From positions 160,001 to 224,000 of the forward strand of contig JBMNJG010000012.1 in assembly GCA_050951545.1 (NCBI GenBank): 64,000 bases of DNA, given 5' to 3'. The notes under the pieces were generated by a model. The model saw only the letters and a program-made list of their open reading frames with translations. It was not told where the DNA came from and searched no databases. The translations under genes and the position numbers were made by a program. How positions within the stretch are numbered: the first letter of the stretch is position 1; every line of letters starts with the position of its first letter. The DNA comes from Limnochordia bacterium (GTDB lineage: Bacteria > Bacillota > Limnochordia > DTU080). Below are positions 38,331 through 49,381 of this stretch, piece after piece.

Positions 38331-39200
38331 CTACTCTATGTTCTGTGCCTGCTCGCGTATTTTCTCGAGTTCGGCCTTGATATCCACCACTATCGCAGCA
38401 GCTTGGCTATCAGCTGTTTTGGAGGCCATCGTGTTGACCTCTCGATTGAGCTCTTGGAGCAGAAAGTCGAGCTTGCGGCCTACTTGACCGTTGGTGGTGC
38501 ATGCCTCGCGAAAATGCGTAATGTGACTTCTTGCTCGGACGAGCTCTTCGCTAATGCAGCAGCGATCTGCGAAGATGATCATCTCTGCGGCCAGGCGGTC
38601 TTCAGTGATCGAAGGTGAAGCAACGAGTTCGGCAAGCCGAGCTCCAAGACGTTCCCTGTATTCGGCTACGATACTAGGAACTCGCTCCGCGATGTCATCT
38701 AGCCATTGTTCCACCAAGTGCAGGCGCTGTAGCATGTCTTGCTGCAAGCGCTGCCCCTCAGACTGCCGCATGTTGACCAGACTGTCCAAGGCCATGGATA
38801 GAGCTTGTTCGATTAACGGCCACAGATCGGCGTCTTTTTTTTCCGTTACCACAAACATGTCAGGAATGAGGAGCAGCGATTCTAGTGTTACATTCAGCGG
38901 TCCCACAACGCGAGTCGCTTCAGAAAGGGTAGCCGCGAAGCCTTCCAAAAGGCTCTTGTTAAGTCTGACCGTTCGCTCTGCTAGGCCAAAATCCTCTATG
39001 ACGACAAAGAGTTCTACGCGGCCTCTATGTAGCCGTTCGTGGACGATCTGCCGAATGCTTTCTTCCCACCCAGCATGCGGGTGCGGTGTATGTATCACGA
39101 CGTCTCGGTAGCGGTGGTTCACAGTGCGTATTTCTACTCGTATCTGTTGCTTCTCATCACCAGACACACCAGTACCGAAACCCGTCATGGAGACCAGCAC
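38331..39200 (-). CDS. YicC/YloC family endoribonuclease
   Basis: SMTGFG, RTVNHRY, GRKLDFLLQELNREVNT, EKIREQAQNIE. Confidence 0.95.
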   Translation of the reverse strand: MLVSMTGFGTGVSGDEKQQIRVEIRTVNHRYRDVVIHTPHPHAGWEESIRQIVHERLHRGRVELFVVIEDFGLAERTVRLNKSLLEGFAATLSEATRVVGPLNVTLESLLLIPDMFVVTEKKDADLWPLIEQALSMALDSLVNMRQSEGQRLQQDMLQRLHLVEQWLDDIAERVPSIVAEYRERLGARLAELVASPSITEDRLAAEMIIFADRCCISEELVRARSHITHFREACTTNGQVGRKLDFLLQELNREVNTMASKTADSQAAAIVVDIKAELEKIREQAQNIE

Positions 39201-39328
39201 GTCATTACCCCCAATCTGAGGCAGCTGGGGCCTGGGCCATAGCTGCCTCAGATAGCCAGGATGTGAGTTCATTGTATCGCGATCATTGGCTCATGTAAAC
39301 CTGCGAACCAATAGTGCTGCTGGGAGGG

Positions 39329-42070
39329 TCATGAAGTGACACGGATCAAGGACACGCGTCGGCCCCAATAAAGGCGTATGAGGCGCAAGGTTCCCTCCAT
39401 GATGATAGACCAACCGCTGAAGGTCAGTACCACCAGCCAATCCGTCAGGGAAAGAGGCACGGTATGAAAGATAGGCCGAGTAATCGGCCAGTAGATGACG
39501 AGGAGGTGCATAGCGACAGAGACTGACACAGCAGCGACAAGGTAGCGGTTCTTGAGAAGACCTACCTCAAACACCGAGCGAAACTCGCTACGGCACTGGA
39601 AAACGTAGAACAGCTGAGCCATGACGAGAGTTGTGAAGGCGAGGGTCTGAGACCACTCCAGATCTGACGGCCTCAGTGTGGTGGCGATTCTAAAGACCGC
39701 TACGGTGCAAAGTCCTATGAGAGTACCACGCATCAGAATCTTTCGGTGCAGCCCTCTGGCAAAGATGCTTTCGTTAGCTTTGCGGGGAGGGCGCTGCATC
39801 ACATCATCGTGGGGAGGATCGACGCCCAAGGCAATGGCGGGCAGCCCATCGGTGATTAGGTTCATCCACAGAATCTGAATCGGCACGAGCGGCAGCGGCA
39901 TGCCTTGGACCGTGGCGAGAAGCATGGTCAACACTTCACCTACATTACACGCTAACAGATAACGGATGAACTTGCGGATGTTGTCGTAGATGCCGCGCCC
40001 CTCCTCAATCGCTGCTACGATGGTGGCATAGTTGTCATCAGCCAATACCATGGCGCTAGCGTCCTTGGTGACATCTGTTCCAGAAAGTCCCATGGCGATG
40101 CCGATGTCGGCCTCCTTGACTGCAGGAGCATCGTTGATGCCGTCACCTGTCATGGCGACGACCTCTCCCTGGCTACGCAGCATCCGCACAATGCGCAGCT
40201 TGTGTCTCGGGGAGACACGGGCGAAAATCGATGTTTTGCGCAACAGCTCAGCCAGCTGTCTGTCGTTGAGGGTATCGAGATGGTCACCCGTGGCAGCTCC
40301 TGCTGTGTCGGAAAGCCCGAGGCGACGCCCGACCGCCAGGGCTGTATCCTTGTGGTCACCTGTCACCATGATGGTGCGAATCCCTGCCCGTTTTGCGATG
40401 GCGATGGCCCGACGTACCTCCTCCCGGGGCGGGTCCATCATTGCTGCCAAGGCCACGAAGACAAGACCTTGCTCCACCAGTCTTTCGGCGGGCGGATCTG
40501 AGACCTGTGATACTGGAAGCGGGCGGTAGGCCAGAGCCAAGACGCGTAGTGACTCTTCGGCCATAGATGTGACTCTCTCTCGCAGAAATCGACGTTCTGC
40601 AGAGCCAAGAGGGCGTGGCTGGCCCGAACTCAGCACATGGGTACAGCGCTCAATAATCACATCGGGGGCGCCCTTGACCATGCTACGCAGACCTTGCCAA
40701 CGGACAACGACGCTCATCCGCTTGCGGTAGGAGTCAAAAGGCACCTCGGCTACGGCCGGGTACCGTAAGCGCACGGAGTCGGGATCCATGCCGCCTTTGG
40801 CAGCCAGTATCGCCAGTGCCGCTTCCGTAGGATCGCCTATGATACCCAGGGTTCTGGAGGGATCACCTTTCTTATCTCGCAGCAAGCGGGCGTGATTGCA
40901 TAAGGCCGCAATAGCCAATGCGGTTCGCCAGTCGGGGTCGGCGGCCGGGTTGACCAAGCGCCCGTGTTCGCGAAACTCACCACTGGTGCTGAAGCCCGTG
41001 CCGCTGACATCGAGCTGCCGACCCGCGGTGACCAAGCGAACCACTGTCATCTCATTCTTGGTAAGCGTTCCGGTTTTGTCGGCGCATATGACGGTGGCGC
41101 AGCCTAGTGTCTCTACGGCGGGTAGACTACGGATAATGCCCCGTCGGCGAATCATTCGTTGGACACCGATAGCCAAGGCAATGGTTACGACGGCAGGGAG
41201 CCCTTCCGGGATAGCAGCTACAGCCAGACTAACTCCAGTCAGAAACATCTTGTACACTGGCATGCCCTGCAGAATACCTGCGGCAAAGACCAAACTGACT
41301 AAACCCAGGCACACGGCGACCAACGACTTACCTAGTTGCTCCAAGCGGGCCTGCAAAGGTGTGGCCCCCGCATCAGCGTCTTGGATGAGGCCCGCTATCT
41401 CTCCGATCTGGGTGTGCATTCCCGTGGCCACCACGATACCCCGACCTCGGCCTCGGACAGCCGTCGTGCCCATGAACAGAGTATTTCGCCGATCGCCAGG
41501 GCCCTCCCGTCCGCACCCCACCCATGTGGTGCTTTTGGACACAGGCAGGGACTCACCAGTCAGTGGACTCTCATTGGTCGCTAGCGAACTCGCAGAGAAC
41601 AGCCGCAGATCGGCGGGGATGCGATCGCCACTCTCAATCTCTACGAGATCGCCGGGAACCAACTCTTCTGCACGCATGTCCGTGATTCGTTGGTCACGGA
41701 CTACCCGTGTTCGAGGTGCCACTAGCTGTTTCAGGGCTGCCAACGAGGCTTCTGCCTTTGCCTCTTGCATGTAGCCCAGGACAGCGTTGACGAGCACAAT
41801 CGCGGCTATCGCAATGGAGTCCGCCAGCTCACCCAAGAGTGCGCTGATGGCGGTTGCAGCCAGAAGGACCATGACCATAAAATCCTGGAATTGCTGAACG
41901 AAAAGGCGCCACTTTGGCTTCTTTGGTTTTTCTGCCAGCTTGTTGGGGCCGAAGCGCGCCAAACGACGGCGCGCTTCAACCGTCGACAGGCCTAGGCTGC
42001 TATCAGTATGGAGGATCCGTTCTATTTGGTCTTTACTCAGTGTATGCCACTGGTGAGCCTGATGCATCAT
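39329..42070 (-). CDS. Calcium-translocating P-type ATPase (YloB-like)
   Basis: TGES, IPEGL, DKTGTLT, KGAPD, GDGINDAPA, NLITDG. Confidence 0.95.
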   Translation of the reverse strand: MMHQAHQWHTLSKDQIERILHTDSSLGLSTVEARRRLARFGPNKLAEKPKKPKWRLFVQQFQDFMVMVLLAATAISALLGELADSIAIAAIVLVNAVLGYMQEAKAEASLAALKQLVAPRTRVVRDQRITDMRAEELVPGDLVEIESGDRIPADLRLFSASSLATNESPLTGESLPVSKSTTWVGCGREGPGDRRNTLFMGTTAVRGRGRGIVVATGMHTQIGEIAGLIQDADAGATPLQARLEQLGKSLVAVCLGLVSLVFAAGILQGMPVYKMFLTGVSLAVAAIPEGLPAVVTIALAIGVQRMIRRRGIIRSLPAVETLGCATVICADKTGTLTKNEMTVVRLVTAGRQLDVSGTGFSTSGEFREHGRLVNPAADPDWRTALAIAALCNHARLLRDKKGDPSRTLGIIGDPTEAALAILAAKGGMDPDSVRLRYPAVAEVPFDSYRKRMSVVVRWQGLRSMVKGAPDVIIERCTHVLSSGQPRPLGSAERRFLRERVTSMAEESLRVLALAYRPLPVSQVSDPPAERLVEQGLVFVALAAMMDPPREEVRRAIAIAKRAGIRTIMVTGDHKDTALAVGRRLGLSDTAGAATGDHLDTLNDRQLAELLRKTSIFARVSPRHKLRIVRMLRSQGEVVAMTGDGINDAPAVKEADIGIAMGLSGTDVTKDASAMVLADDNYATIVAAIEEGRGIYDNIRKFIRYLLACNVGEVLTMLLATVQGMPLPLVPIQILWMNLITDGLPAIALGVDPPHDDVMQRPPRKANESIFARGLHRKILMRGTLIGLCTVAVFRIATTLRPSDLEWSQTLAFTTLVMAQLFYVFQCRSEFRSVFEVGLLKNRYLVAAVSVSVAMHLLVIYWPITRPIFHTVPLSLTDWLVVLTFSGWSIIMEGTLRLIRLYWGRRVSLIRVTS

Positions 42071-42174
42071 CCCATGGTCCTTTCCGGGGGGACTGGCGTT
42101 GCACTGACCTCGCAGGTCATGCCTATTCCCGCAGGAAGGAGTTCATGCGTATGAGACACAGGCAGACGACTAGT

Positions 42175-42945
42175 TCACCGATGTAGTCGCTGCAGACCCT
42201 CCTTGGCAGCCTGTGAATTCGGGTCAAGCTGGAGAGCTCTCTCGTAGAGGTGAACGGATTCGGCGAGGAGCCCGTTTTTCTCGTATGCCATGGCGAGCAT
42301 CAGATGCATCCCCGGGTGGTGCGAGTTGAGTTGAGTTCCCACTTTGAGCACCTTCTGTGCCTCAGCAGGTCTATCGTCTGCCAGATAGAGCCGCCCCAAA
42401 TGGTAGTAGGCGTCTATCATCGGAACATATAGCTCCGCCTCGTCACCAGAAGGAGGTTCAATGAGCTGTTCGAGATGTTCGATAGCGCCATTGAGATCGT
42501 CCTTCTTCTCTGCGATCATGGCCAGACCGAACCGGGCCTTAGCGGCGCGTGGAAGGGTTGCTAGGGCGCGTTCATAGGCTGCTTGAGCTCCGGCGATATC
42601 GCCTTGGTGGAACATGACATCGCCAAGAAGACTGCTGGCCGCTTCTTCACCCAAAGCCTCAGCCTCTCGCCACAACTCAATGGCCTGCATCTCTTTCCCG
42701 ATGACATACCAAGCCATACCACCGAGCAAGCGAGCTTCAACGCTCTCAGGAGCCGCCCTCGAGGCATCTTGAAAGGCGGTAGCTGCCCACTGGGTCATGT
42801 TACCTCCAGCCAACCGGTACGCTATATCAAGGGACGATTGTGCCACCTTACTCAGCGGCTGGGCAATTCCGGTGCTAGTGGCAATCAGTATTCCCAACAA
42901 GGTGAAGAGGGTCGCCGTCTTGAACAGCGAAAGACGTGTGGACAA
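42175..42945 (-). CDS. Exported TPR-repeat protein
   Basis: Signal peptide plus TPR-like helices (AYYHLGRLY, LYERALQLDP). Confidence 0.8.
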   Translation of the reverse strand: MSTRLSLFKTATLFTLLGILIATSTGIAQPLSKVAQSSLDIAYRLAGGNMTQWAATAFQDASRAAPESVEARLLGGMAWYVIGKEMQAIELWREAEALGEEAASSLLGDVMFHQGDIAGAQAAYERALATLPRAAKARFGLAMIAEKKDDLNGAIEHLEQLIEPPSGDEAELYVPMIDAYYHLGRLYLADDRPAEAQKVLKVGTQLNSHHPGMHLMLAMAYEKNGLLAESVHLYERALQLDPNSQAAKEGLQRLHR

Positions 42946-43022
42946 TGGAGTACCTCCTGTGGGTCTGAGGTGGCAAGACGTGTGAACACTTCTCCCCCAG
43001 GGCGCTGTCTCCTGCGAGCGAA

Positions 43023-44804
43023 ATGGAAGTGAAGACTATGGGTATGGATGGTCTGGTTGTTCACAGGCTTGTAGAGGAGTTGAACGAGTTGCTGCGGAAT
43101 GCGCGTCTCCATCGCGTTCTGCAGCCCAGTGCGACAACGGTGTTGCTGTTGTTGCGCCAGCCCGGCACCAATCATCTGCTTGTGCTGTGTGCCGATCCTA
43201 CGGAGCCGCGAGTGCACTTGACAGCGGGCGAGCCTCCAGCTAATCCCCCGGCGGCCCTGGGCTTTTGCATGGTGTTGCGCAAGCATTTGGAGCCTGCGCG
43301 GCTGCTCGCTGTCGAACAGCCCGGACTTGAGCGTGTCGTCACTCTTCGATTTGAGATGCGAGACAGTTCTGGCCAGCGCGCCGAGCGTCTGCTGACTACC
43401 GAGCTGATGGGGCGTCACAGCAACATGCTGTTGGTGGATCCTACGGGGCCAACGATTCTCGATGGAATACGACGTGTAAGTGCCTCGCAATCGAGATATA
43501 GGGAGGTTTACCCTGGGCGACCGTATTTGCCACCGCCGCGTCAAGACAAGGAGCATCCTTTCACGATCACAGCTGAGCGATTCTTTTTCAACTTACGGCA
43601 CACTCCGGCCCCCACGCAGATTGCCCGCGCTCTGGTCGAAGGCTACCATGGCTTGGGGCCCGACGCTGCCCGCGAAATCGTCGCGCGTGCGGGACTGCCA
43701 GTGACTGCTACTCGGGCCGAGGTGAACGCCAGCCAAGCTGAGGCACTGTGGGGTGCACTGCAGGAGATCGTGACTGGTGTAGAGACGGGGAAGGTTGAGC
43801 CTTGGGCTGCCTGTGATCCCAACGGTGGGCCTGTCAATTTCTGGGTCTTTCCCTTGACCCACGGGCCACAGGACGAGTCGGCTAAGTGCTTTGACAGCGT
43901 GAACGCTCTTCTCGACTGGTACTTCACCAAGAGGCAGCAAGAGGCGGAGCTCGAAAGAACGCGCAGCGAGCTACTTCGTGTTGTAGAGGCTGCTTTGGCT
44001 AAGGCTGAGCGGCGCGTGGGGGTTCATGAAGCGTCTTTGATGGCCTCTGAGCGTGCAGAGGAATATCGCTTGCGGGGTGAGTTACTTCTCTCCCAGCTAC
44101 ACCAGATACCAGAAGGAGTGGCCACAGCCACAGTGGCAAATTACTACGAGGAGGGAGCCAGCATACGCATAACTCTGGACCCCTCTCTGTCAGTCGCGGC
44201 TAACGCAGAGGCGTACTTCCGAAAGTACCAGAAGGCCCGCAGGGCCCGCCAGCAGGCAGAGATGCAGCTAAAGGCGTCTCGAGAGGACACTGCATACCTG
44301 CGAGGCGTTCTCGACGCCGTGCAAAGAGCGACGAACCAAAAAGACATCGATGAGATTCGTGAAGAACTGCGAGTACAGGGACTTATACCCGTCGCTCAGC
44401 GCACGTCAGCCACGCATCCACAAACCTCAGGTCACCTACGTGTACGGGCTCACGATGGAACGGAAATCCTTGTAGGAAAGAACAACAAGCAAAACGATGC
44501 CATCACCATGAAGCTTGCCAAGCCTGACGACCTATGGTTGCATGTGAAAGACGCCGCTGGAGCGCACGTTGTCGTGCGCAGCACTTCGCCGGAGATCGCA
44601 CCTGACACACTGGCCCTTGCCTTACAGCTGGCTGCGCTCCATAGCCAGGCTCGTCACTCGAGTCTCGTTCCTGTCGACTACTGCCTGCGGCGCTATGTGC
44701 GTAAACCCAGAGGAGCTAAGCCTGGTTTCGTGATCTACGACCACCACAAGACTGCTTACGTGACACCTGACAGCGACGAGGTCAAGAGGTTGCGGGCCTA
44801 TTGA
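43023..44804 (+). CDS. rqcH: Ribosome quality control protein RqcH (FbpA/NFACT)
   Basis: MDG, FCMVLRKHL, ELMGRHSN, VGKNNKQND, WLHVKDAAGAHV; start may be the ATG at 43038 or 43044. Confidence 0.95.
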   Translation: MEVKTMGMDGLVVHRLVEELNELLRNARLHRVLQPSATTVLLLLRQPGTNHLLVLCADPTEPRVHLTAGEPPANPPAALGFCMVLRKHLEPARLLAVEQPGLERVVTLRFEMRDSSGQRAERLLTTELMGRHSNMLLVDPTGPTILDGIRRVSASQSRYREVYPGRPYLPPPRQDKEHPFTITAERFFFNLRHTPAPTQIARALVEGYHGLGPDAAREIVARAGLPVTATRAEVNASQAEALWGALQEIVTGVETGKVEPWAACDPNGGPVNFWVFPLTHGPQDESAKCFDSVNALLDWYFTKRQQEAELERTRSELLRVVEAALAKAERRVGVHEASLMASERAEEYRLRGELLLSQLHQIPEGVATATVANYYEEGASIRITLDPSLSVAANAEAYFRKYQKARRARQQAEMQLKASREDTAYLRGVLDAVQRATNQKDIDEIREELRVQGLIPVAQRTSATHPQTSGHLRVRAHDGTEILVGKNNKQNDAITMKLAKPDDLWLHVKDAAGAHVVVRSTSPEIAPDTLALALQLAALHSQARHSSLVPVDYCLRRYVRKPRGAKPGFVIYDHHKTAYVTPDSDEVKRLRAY

Positions 44805-44813
44805 GCTAGCGTG

Positions 44814-46082
44814 TCACCCTAGCGCCCTGCGCGCAATGTCACGACGGTAGTGAACGCCGGGGAAATGGATAGTACTCGCGGCGTCATAGGCCATACCAAC
44901 TGCCTGTTTGATGCTGTCACTCCAGGCTGTCACTCCCAGCACCCGCCCACCTGCTGTGACGACCCTATCGCGGTCGAGGCGTGTGCCAGCATGAAAGACC
45001 TGTACTGATGGCTTGCTGGCAATTGCCGACAAGCCACTGATTGGCAGGCCGACTTCGTAGGAGCCAGGGTAACCAGCGGAGGCCAGCACTACGCAGACTA
45101 CGGCATGCTTGCTCCAGCGCACCTGTACTTCCGAGAGGCGGTTTGAGGCCACAGCCCAAAGTACTTCGAGCAGGCTGCTCTGCAGGTTGGGGATGATCAC
45201 CTGTGTTTCGGGGTCACCGAATCGACAGTTGAACTCCAGCACCTGAGGACCGCTGCTGGTAAGCATAAGCCCAGCGTAGAGCACTCCGGTGTAGGGCCTT
45301 CCCATCTGCGCCATGGCGTGAACTGCTGGTACCAAGACGCTCTGGCGTACGTGAGTCAGCATGGTCTCATCTACTCTGGGAACAGGCGTGTAGGCACCCA
45401 TGCCTCCGGTGTTGGGGCCCTGGTCTCCGTCCCATGCCGCCTTGTGGTCTTGTGAAGCCGGCATCACTACCACATCCTCCCCAGACACAAAGGCTAGCAC
45501 ACTCACCTCCTCGCCAGTGAGATACTCCTCTACGACGATGCGCTCGCCAGCCTCACCATACAGACGATCTTCCATCATCGAGGCGATGCAGGCCTCCGCT
45601 TTGGTCATGCTGTGGCAGATGCTGACCCCTTTGCCAGCAGCCAGTCCGTCGGCTTTGATCACTACGGGCACTCCGAGTTCTCGGACAGCGCGCCTGGCCT
45701 GCGCCGCACTATCACAGACGATGAAACGGGCTGTTGGAATTCCTGCGCGCATCATCATCTCCTTGGCAAAGGCCTTGCTGCTCTCTAGTTCGGCAGCTTG
45801 ACGAGTCGGGCCCATGATCGTGAGATCCCTGGCTCTGAAGGCATCAACAATGCCCTCAGAAAGAGAAGCTTCAGGTCCTACCACTGTCAGGTCTATCTGT
45901 CGGTCTTTTGCCCAATCCGCTAGCCCATCAACACTCTCTCCCACATCGCCTATGTAGCGAGCCAACTGGTTGATGCCCGCGTTCGTGCTCGTCGTCCACA
46001 GTTGCTTGACGTCTTGACTCTTAGCGAGACCCCAAGCAAGCGCGTGCTCTCGGCCACCGCCTCCGACTACCAACACTTGCAT
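44814..46082 (-). CDS. purD: Phosphoribosylamine-glycine ligase
   Basis: GGGGREHAL, KADGLAAGKGV, GPNTGGMGAY, EFNCRFGDPE. Confidence 0.97.
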   Translation of the reverse strand: MQVLVVGGGGREHALAWGLAKSQDVKQLWTTSTNAGINQLARYIGDVGESVDGLADWAKDRQIDLTVVGPEASLSEGIVDAFRARDLTIMGPTRQAAELESSKAFAKEMMMRAGIPTARFIVCDSAAQARRAVRELGVPVVIKADGLAAGKGVSICHSMTKAEACIASMMEDRLYGEAGERIVVEEYLTGEEVSVLAFVSGEDVVVMPASQDHKAAWDGDQGPNTGGMGAYTPVPRVDETMLTHVRQSVLVPAVHAMAQMGRPYTGVLYAGLMLTSSGPQVLEFNCRFGDPETQVIIPNLQSSLLEVLWAVASNRLSEVQVRWSKHAVVCVVLASAGYPGSYEVGLPISGLSAIASKPSVQVFHAGTRLDRDRVVTAGGRVLGVTAWSDSIKQAVGMAYDAASTIHFPGVHYRRDIARRALG

Positions 46083-46134
46083 GGACGGCTGTGCCCCCTC
46101 TGCAAAAAATGATGTGACGCTGTGCGGGTATATC

Positions 46135-47682
46135 TCAGTGTTTGAAATGTCTCAGCCCAGTAAAGACCATGGCTATCCCTGCCTTATCGGCAGCAGCAAT
46201 CGAATCCGCATCCCGTTTGGATCCCCCAGGCTGAATGATTGATGACACGCCCGCGGCGGCTGCAGCCTGTACCACGTCATCGAACGGAAAGAAGGCGTCG
46301 GAGGCCAATGCCGCCCCACGAGCCTGCTCTCCAGCCTGGTTGATAGCGATTTGAGCAGAGAGAATGCGGCTCATCTGCCCTGCCCCTACCCCGAGTGTCT
46401 GCTGGTCACGAGCTACCACAATGGCATTGGACTTAACGTGCTTGACCACGGTCCACGCAAAGCGCAGGTCGCGCCATTCTGCGTCAGTAGGTTCTTTTGC
46501 AGTAACCACTTGCAGTTGATCGGGATCGAGATCCACAAGATCAGCATCCTGCACCAGCAAACCGCCCGGGACGCGCTTCATGTCGAGCCACAGCTTAAGC
46601 GGCTCTGCAGTGAGTTCCACGAGTCGCAGACTGGGTTTTGCACGCAGAATCTCGAGGGCTTGCGGAGTAAAAGCAGGTGCGATGATCACCTCAAGAAAGA
46701 TCTGCTTCATGAGGCTGGCGGTCTGCTCATCAACGGGACGATTGCAGGCCACAATCCCTCCGAAGATCGATACGGGGTCGGCTTCATAGGCCTTCTGATA
46801 CGCTATACTGAGCTCCTCCGCCACAGCCAGTCCACAGGGGTTCGAATGCTTCACTGCAGCCACAGCTGGCTGACTAAAACACCGAATCATCTCGACGGCA
46901 GCCGCGGCATCATGGATGTTGTTGAACGAGAGTTCCTTGCCGTGGAGCTGGCGGGCATTCGCCAGGGTGTTGCCGTTGTTCCATCCTTCTTCTCTGTAAA
47001 ACGCGGCTTTCTGGTGGGGGTTTTCACCATAGCGAAGATGCTGCTGCAGGCTGAAGCGCAGCTGGAGCTTTTGCGGGAAAGCCTGATCAGCTTCCTTAGG
47101 CGGCAGTTTCCCCTCGAGATAGGCGCTAATGGCGACATCGTATTGGGCCGAGTGGGAGAAAGCTTCCTGAGCCAGCATCAAGCGTTCAGATGACGAAGGA
47201 CCGCCAGCGCGGAGCCACGAAAGCACCGTTTCGTAGCGATCAGGATTGACTACTACCACGACATCAGGATGGTTCTTGGCCGCGGCGCGCACCATGGCTG
47301 GCCCCCCAATGTCGATGTTTTCGAGAGCTTCTTCCAGGGTTGTCTCGGCTCGGGCGACCGTGGCAGCAAATGGGTAGAGGTTCACCGCTACGATGTCAAT
47401 CGGAACGATGGATTGCGCTGCCAGGGCTTGCGTGTGTGCCGGAACGGAACGCTTGGCCAGAATACCAGCATGAATCGCTGGATGTAGTGTCTTGACGCGC
47501 CCCTCGAGGATTTCCGGAAAACCCGTCACATCGCTGACGTATTTCACTGCTACTCCTGCATTGCGCAGGACCTCGTAGGTGCCCCCCGTGGAGACTACCT
47601 CAAAGTCCATATCCGTCAGACCTCTCGCGAAATCCACAACTCCCCGCTTGTCAAAGACACTGATTAATGCTCTTCGTTTCAT
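46135..47682 (-). CDS. purH: AICAR transformylase/IMP cyclohydrolase
   Basis: GRVKTLHP, IDIGG, LRYGENPHQ, ASDAFFPF, RHFKH. Confidence 0.97.
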   Translation of the reverse strand: MKRRALISVFDKRGVVDFARGLTDMDFEVVSTGGTYEVLRNAGVAVKYVSDVTGFPEILEGRVKTLHPAIHAGILAKRSVPAHTQALAAQSIVPIDIVAVNLYPFAATVARAETTLEEALENIDIGGPAMVRAAAKNHPDVVVVVNPDRYETVLSWLRAGGPSSSERLMLAQEAFSHSAQYDVAISAYLEGKLPPKEADQAFPQKLQLRFSLQQHLRYGENPHQKAAFYREEGWNNGNTLANARQLHGKELSFNNIHDAAAAVEMIRCFSQPAVAAVKHSNPCGLAVAEELSIAYQKAYEADPVSIFGGIVACNRPVDEQTASLMKQIFLEVIIAPAFTPQALEILRAKPSLRLVELTAEPLKLWLDMKRVPGGLLVQDADLVDLDPDQLQVVTAKEPTDAEWRDLRFAWTVVKHVKSNAIVVARDQQTLGVGAGQMSRILSAQIAINQAGEQARGAALASDAFFPFDDVVQAAAAAGVSSIIQPGGSKRDADSIAAADKAGIAMVFTGLRHFKH

Positions 47683-47696
47683 GAACTCACCCCGTC

Positions 47697-48323
47697 TTAG
47701 TCATCGCCACGAGGCAGGATCCATACACGGCGATTCCTGATGTGAAGTTGCCCTGCGGCGTACAATCGAATACAGGCTGGCAATAGCTTGTGCTCTTCCT
47801 CTAGGATACGAGTCGCCAGACTCTCTTCTGTATCATCAGGATAGACTGGCACTACCCTTTGATCGATAATGGGACCACTGTCGACGCCTTCATCGACGAA
47901 ATGAACTGTACAGCCGCTGAAGCGCACACCGTAGTCAAGCGCTTGACGCTGAGCCGCCAGGCCCGGAAACGCTGGGAGCAAAGACGGATGAATGTTTATC
48001 ACACGTTCGGGATAGCGAGCCAGGAACTCTGCAGGCAGAATACGCATGAACCCAGCTAAGACAACCAGCTCTACGCGCAGCTCTTGCAGCTTCTGAGCTA
48101 AGATGCCGAAAAAGGCGTGTCTACTCCCTGCTTGCGCCGGATCAAGCTCGAAAGTCGCTACATCGTAATGCTTGGCCGTAGCGATAGCGGGCGCTCCCGG
48201 ACGGTCTGTCGCCACCACAGCAATCTCGACAGGCAACTCACCTGCCGCCTTGGCTTTCAGCAATGCCTCCATATTGCTACCTCGCCCAGAAACGAGTATG
48301 GCGCAGCGCAACATCGCGTACAT
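47697..48323 (-). CDS. purN: GAR transformylase
   Basis: SGRGSNM, LAGFMRIL, NIHPSLLPAFPG, VDSGPII. Confidence 0.97.
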   Translation of the reverse strand: MYAMLRCAILVSGRGSNMEALLKAKAAGELPVEIAVVATDRPGAPAIATAKHYDVATFELDPAQAGSRHAFFGILAQKLQELRVELVVLAGFMRILPAEFLARYPERVINIHPSLLPAFPGLAAQRQALDYGVRFSGCTVHFVDEGVDSGPIIDQRVVPVYPDDTEESLATRILEEEHKLLPACIRLYAAGQLHIRNRRVWILPRGDD

Positions 48324-48332
48324 CCCTCACTT

Positions 48333-49376
48333 TCATGAGAAAAGTAAGCTGGAGTCGCTATCTGAGGCTTTCACGATCTCACCGATGACGAAGGCGGGAT
48401 GGCCGCTGGCTTCGATTAGCTCACAAGCACGAGCTGCCTCTTCCTCTGGAACTAGCACCACCATAGCTACGCCCATGTTGAAGGTGCGGTACATCTCCTG
48501 CATGCTAACCCCCCCACCTTTTTGGAGAAAGGCGAAGACAGGTGGAATGGGCCAACTCCCCTTTCGCACAACTGGTCGCAGACCCTTTCTCACCGAACGG
48601 GGTAGGTTCTCCGGTAGGCCGCCCCCGGAGATATTGGCGATACCATGCACCGAAACTTCGCTGATGAGCTTCATGATGGCATCGGCGTAGATTCCGGTAG
48701 GTGTCAGAAGTACCTCGCCGATGGTGGCCCCCAGTTCCTCAACGTAATGATCTACATCAAGCTGCATGGTGTCAAAAACGATACGGCGTACCAGTGAGAA
48801 TCCGCTGCTTTGCAGCCCTGTGGAGCCTATAGCGACGATCTTGTCGCCAGCTGCTACTGCTGACCCATCGATGACGTCACGCCGGTCGACGACGCCGACA
48901 GCGAAGCCAGCCAGGTCATACTCACCTTCTGCATAGAATCCTGGCATCTCGGCGGTCTCTCCGCCAATCAGGGCGCATCTTGCCTGCCGGCACCCGGCGG
49001 CCACGCCCGAGACAATTTCCTCGATCTGCGCAGGTGTGGCCTTGCCTACGGCGAGGTAGTCCAGGAAAAACAGGGGCTTGGCTCCTTGGCAGATGATGTC
49101 ATTGATGCAGTAGGCCACCAGGTCAATGCCCACGGTGTCGTGGCGATCTGCCATAAAGGCCACTTTCAGTTTCGTACCCACGCCGTCTGTGCCTGAGACT
49201 AACACGGGTTCTTTGAGATTCGACGTATCCAATGCGTAGAAGCCACCAAAGGCGCCGATATCATTGAGGACCTCTGGTCCATAGGTGCTTTGGGCGAGGG
49301 TCCGAATGCGCCGCACGGCTTCGTACCCAGCCTCAATATCCACTCCAGCGGCTTTATAGGTCATCTCATCGGACAT
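48333..49376 (-). CDS. purM: AIR synthetase
   Basis: YKAAGVDI, GTDGVGTKL, GGETAEMPG, TFNMG. Confidence 0.96.
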   Translation of the reverse strand: MSDEMTYKAAGVDIEAGYEAVRRIRTLAQSTYGPEVLNDIGAFGGFYALDTSNLKEPVLVSGTDGVGTKLKVAFMADRHDTVGIDLVAYCINDIICQGAKPLFFLDYLAVGKATPAQIEEIVSGVAAGCRQARCALIGGETAEMPGFYAEGEYDLAGFAVGVVDRRDVIDGSAVAAGDKIVAIGSTGLQSSGFSLVRRIVFDTMQLDVDHYVEELGATIGEVLLTPTGIYADAIMKLISEVSVHGIANISGGGLPENLPRSVRKGLRPVVRKGSWPIPPVFAFLQKGGGVSMQEMYRTFNMGVAMVVLVPEEEAARACELIEASGHPAFVIGEIVKASDSDSSLLFS

Positions 49377-49381
49377 TGGCC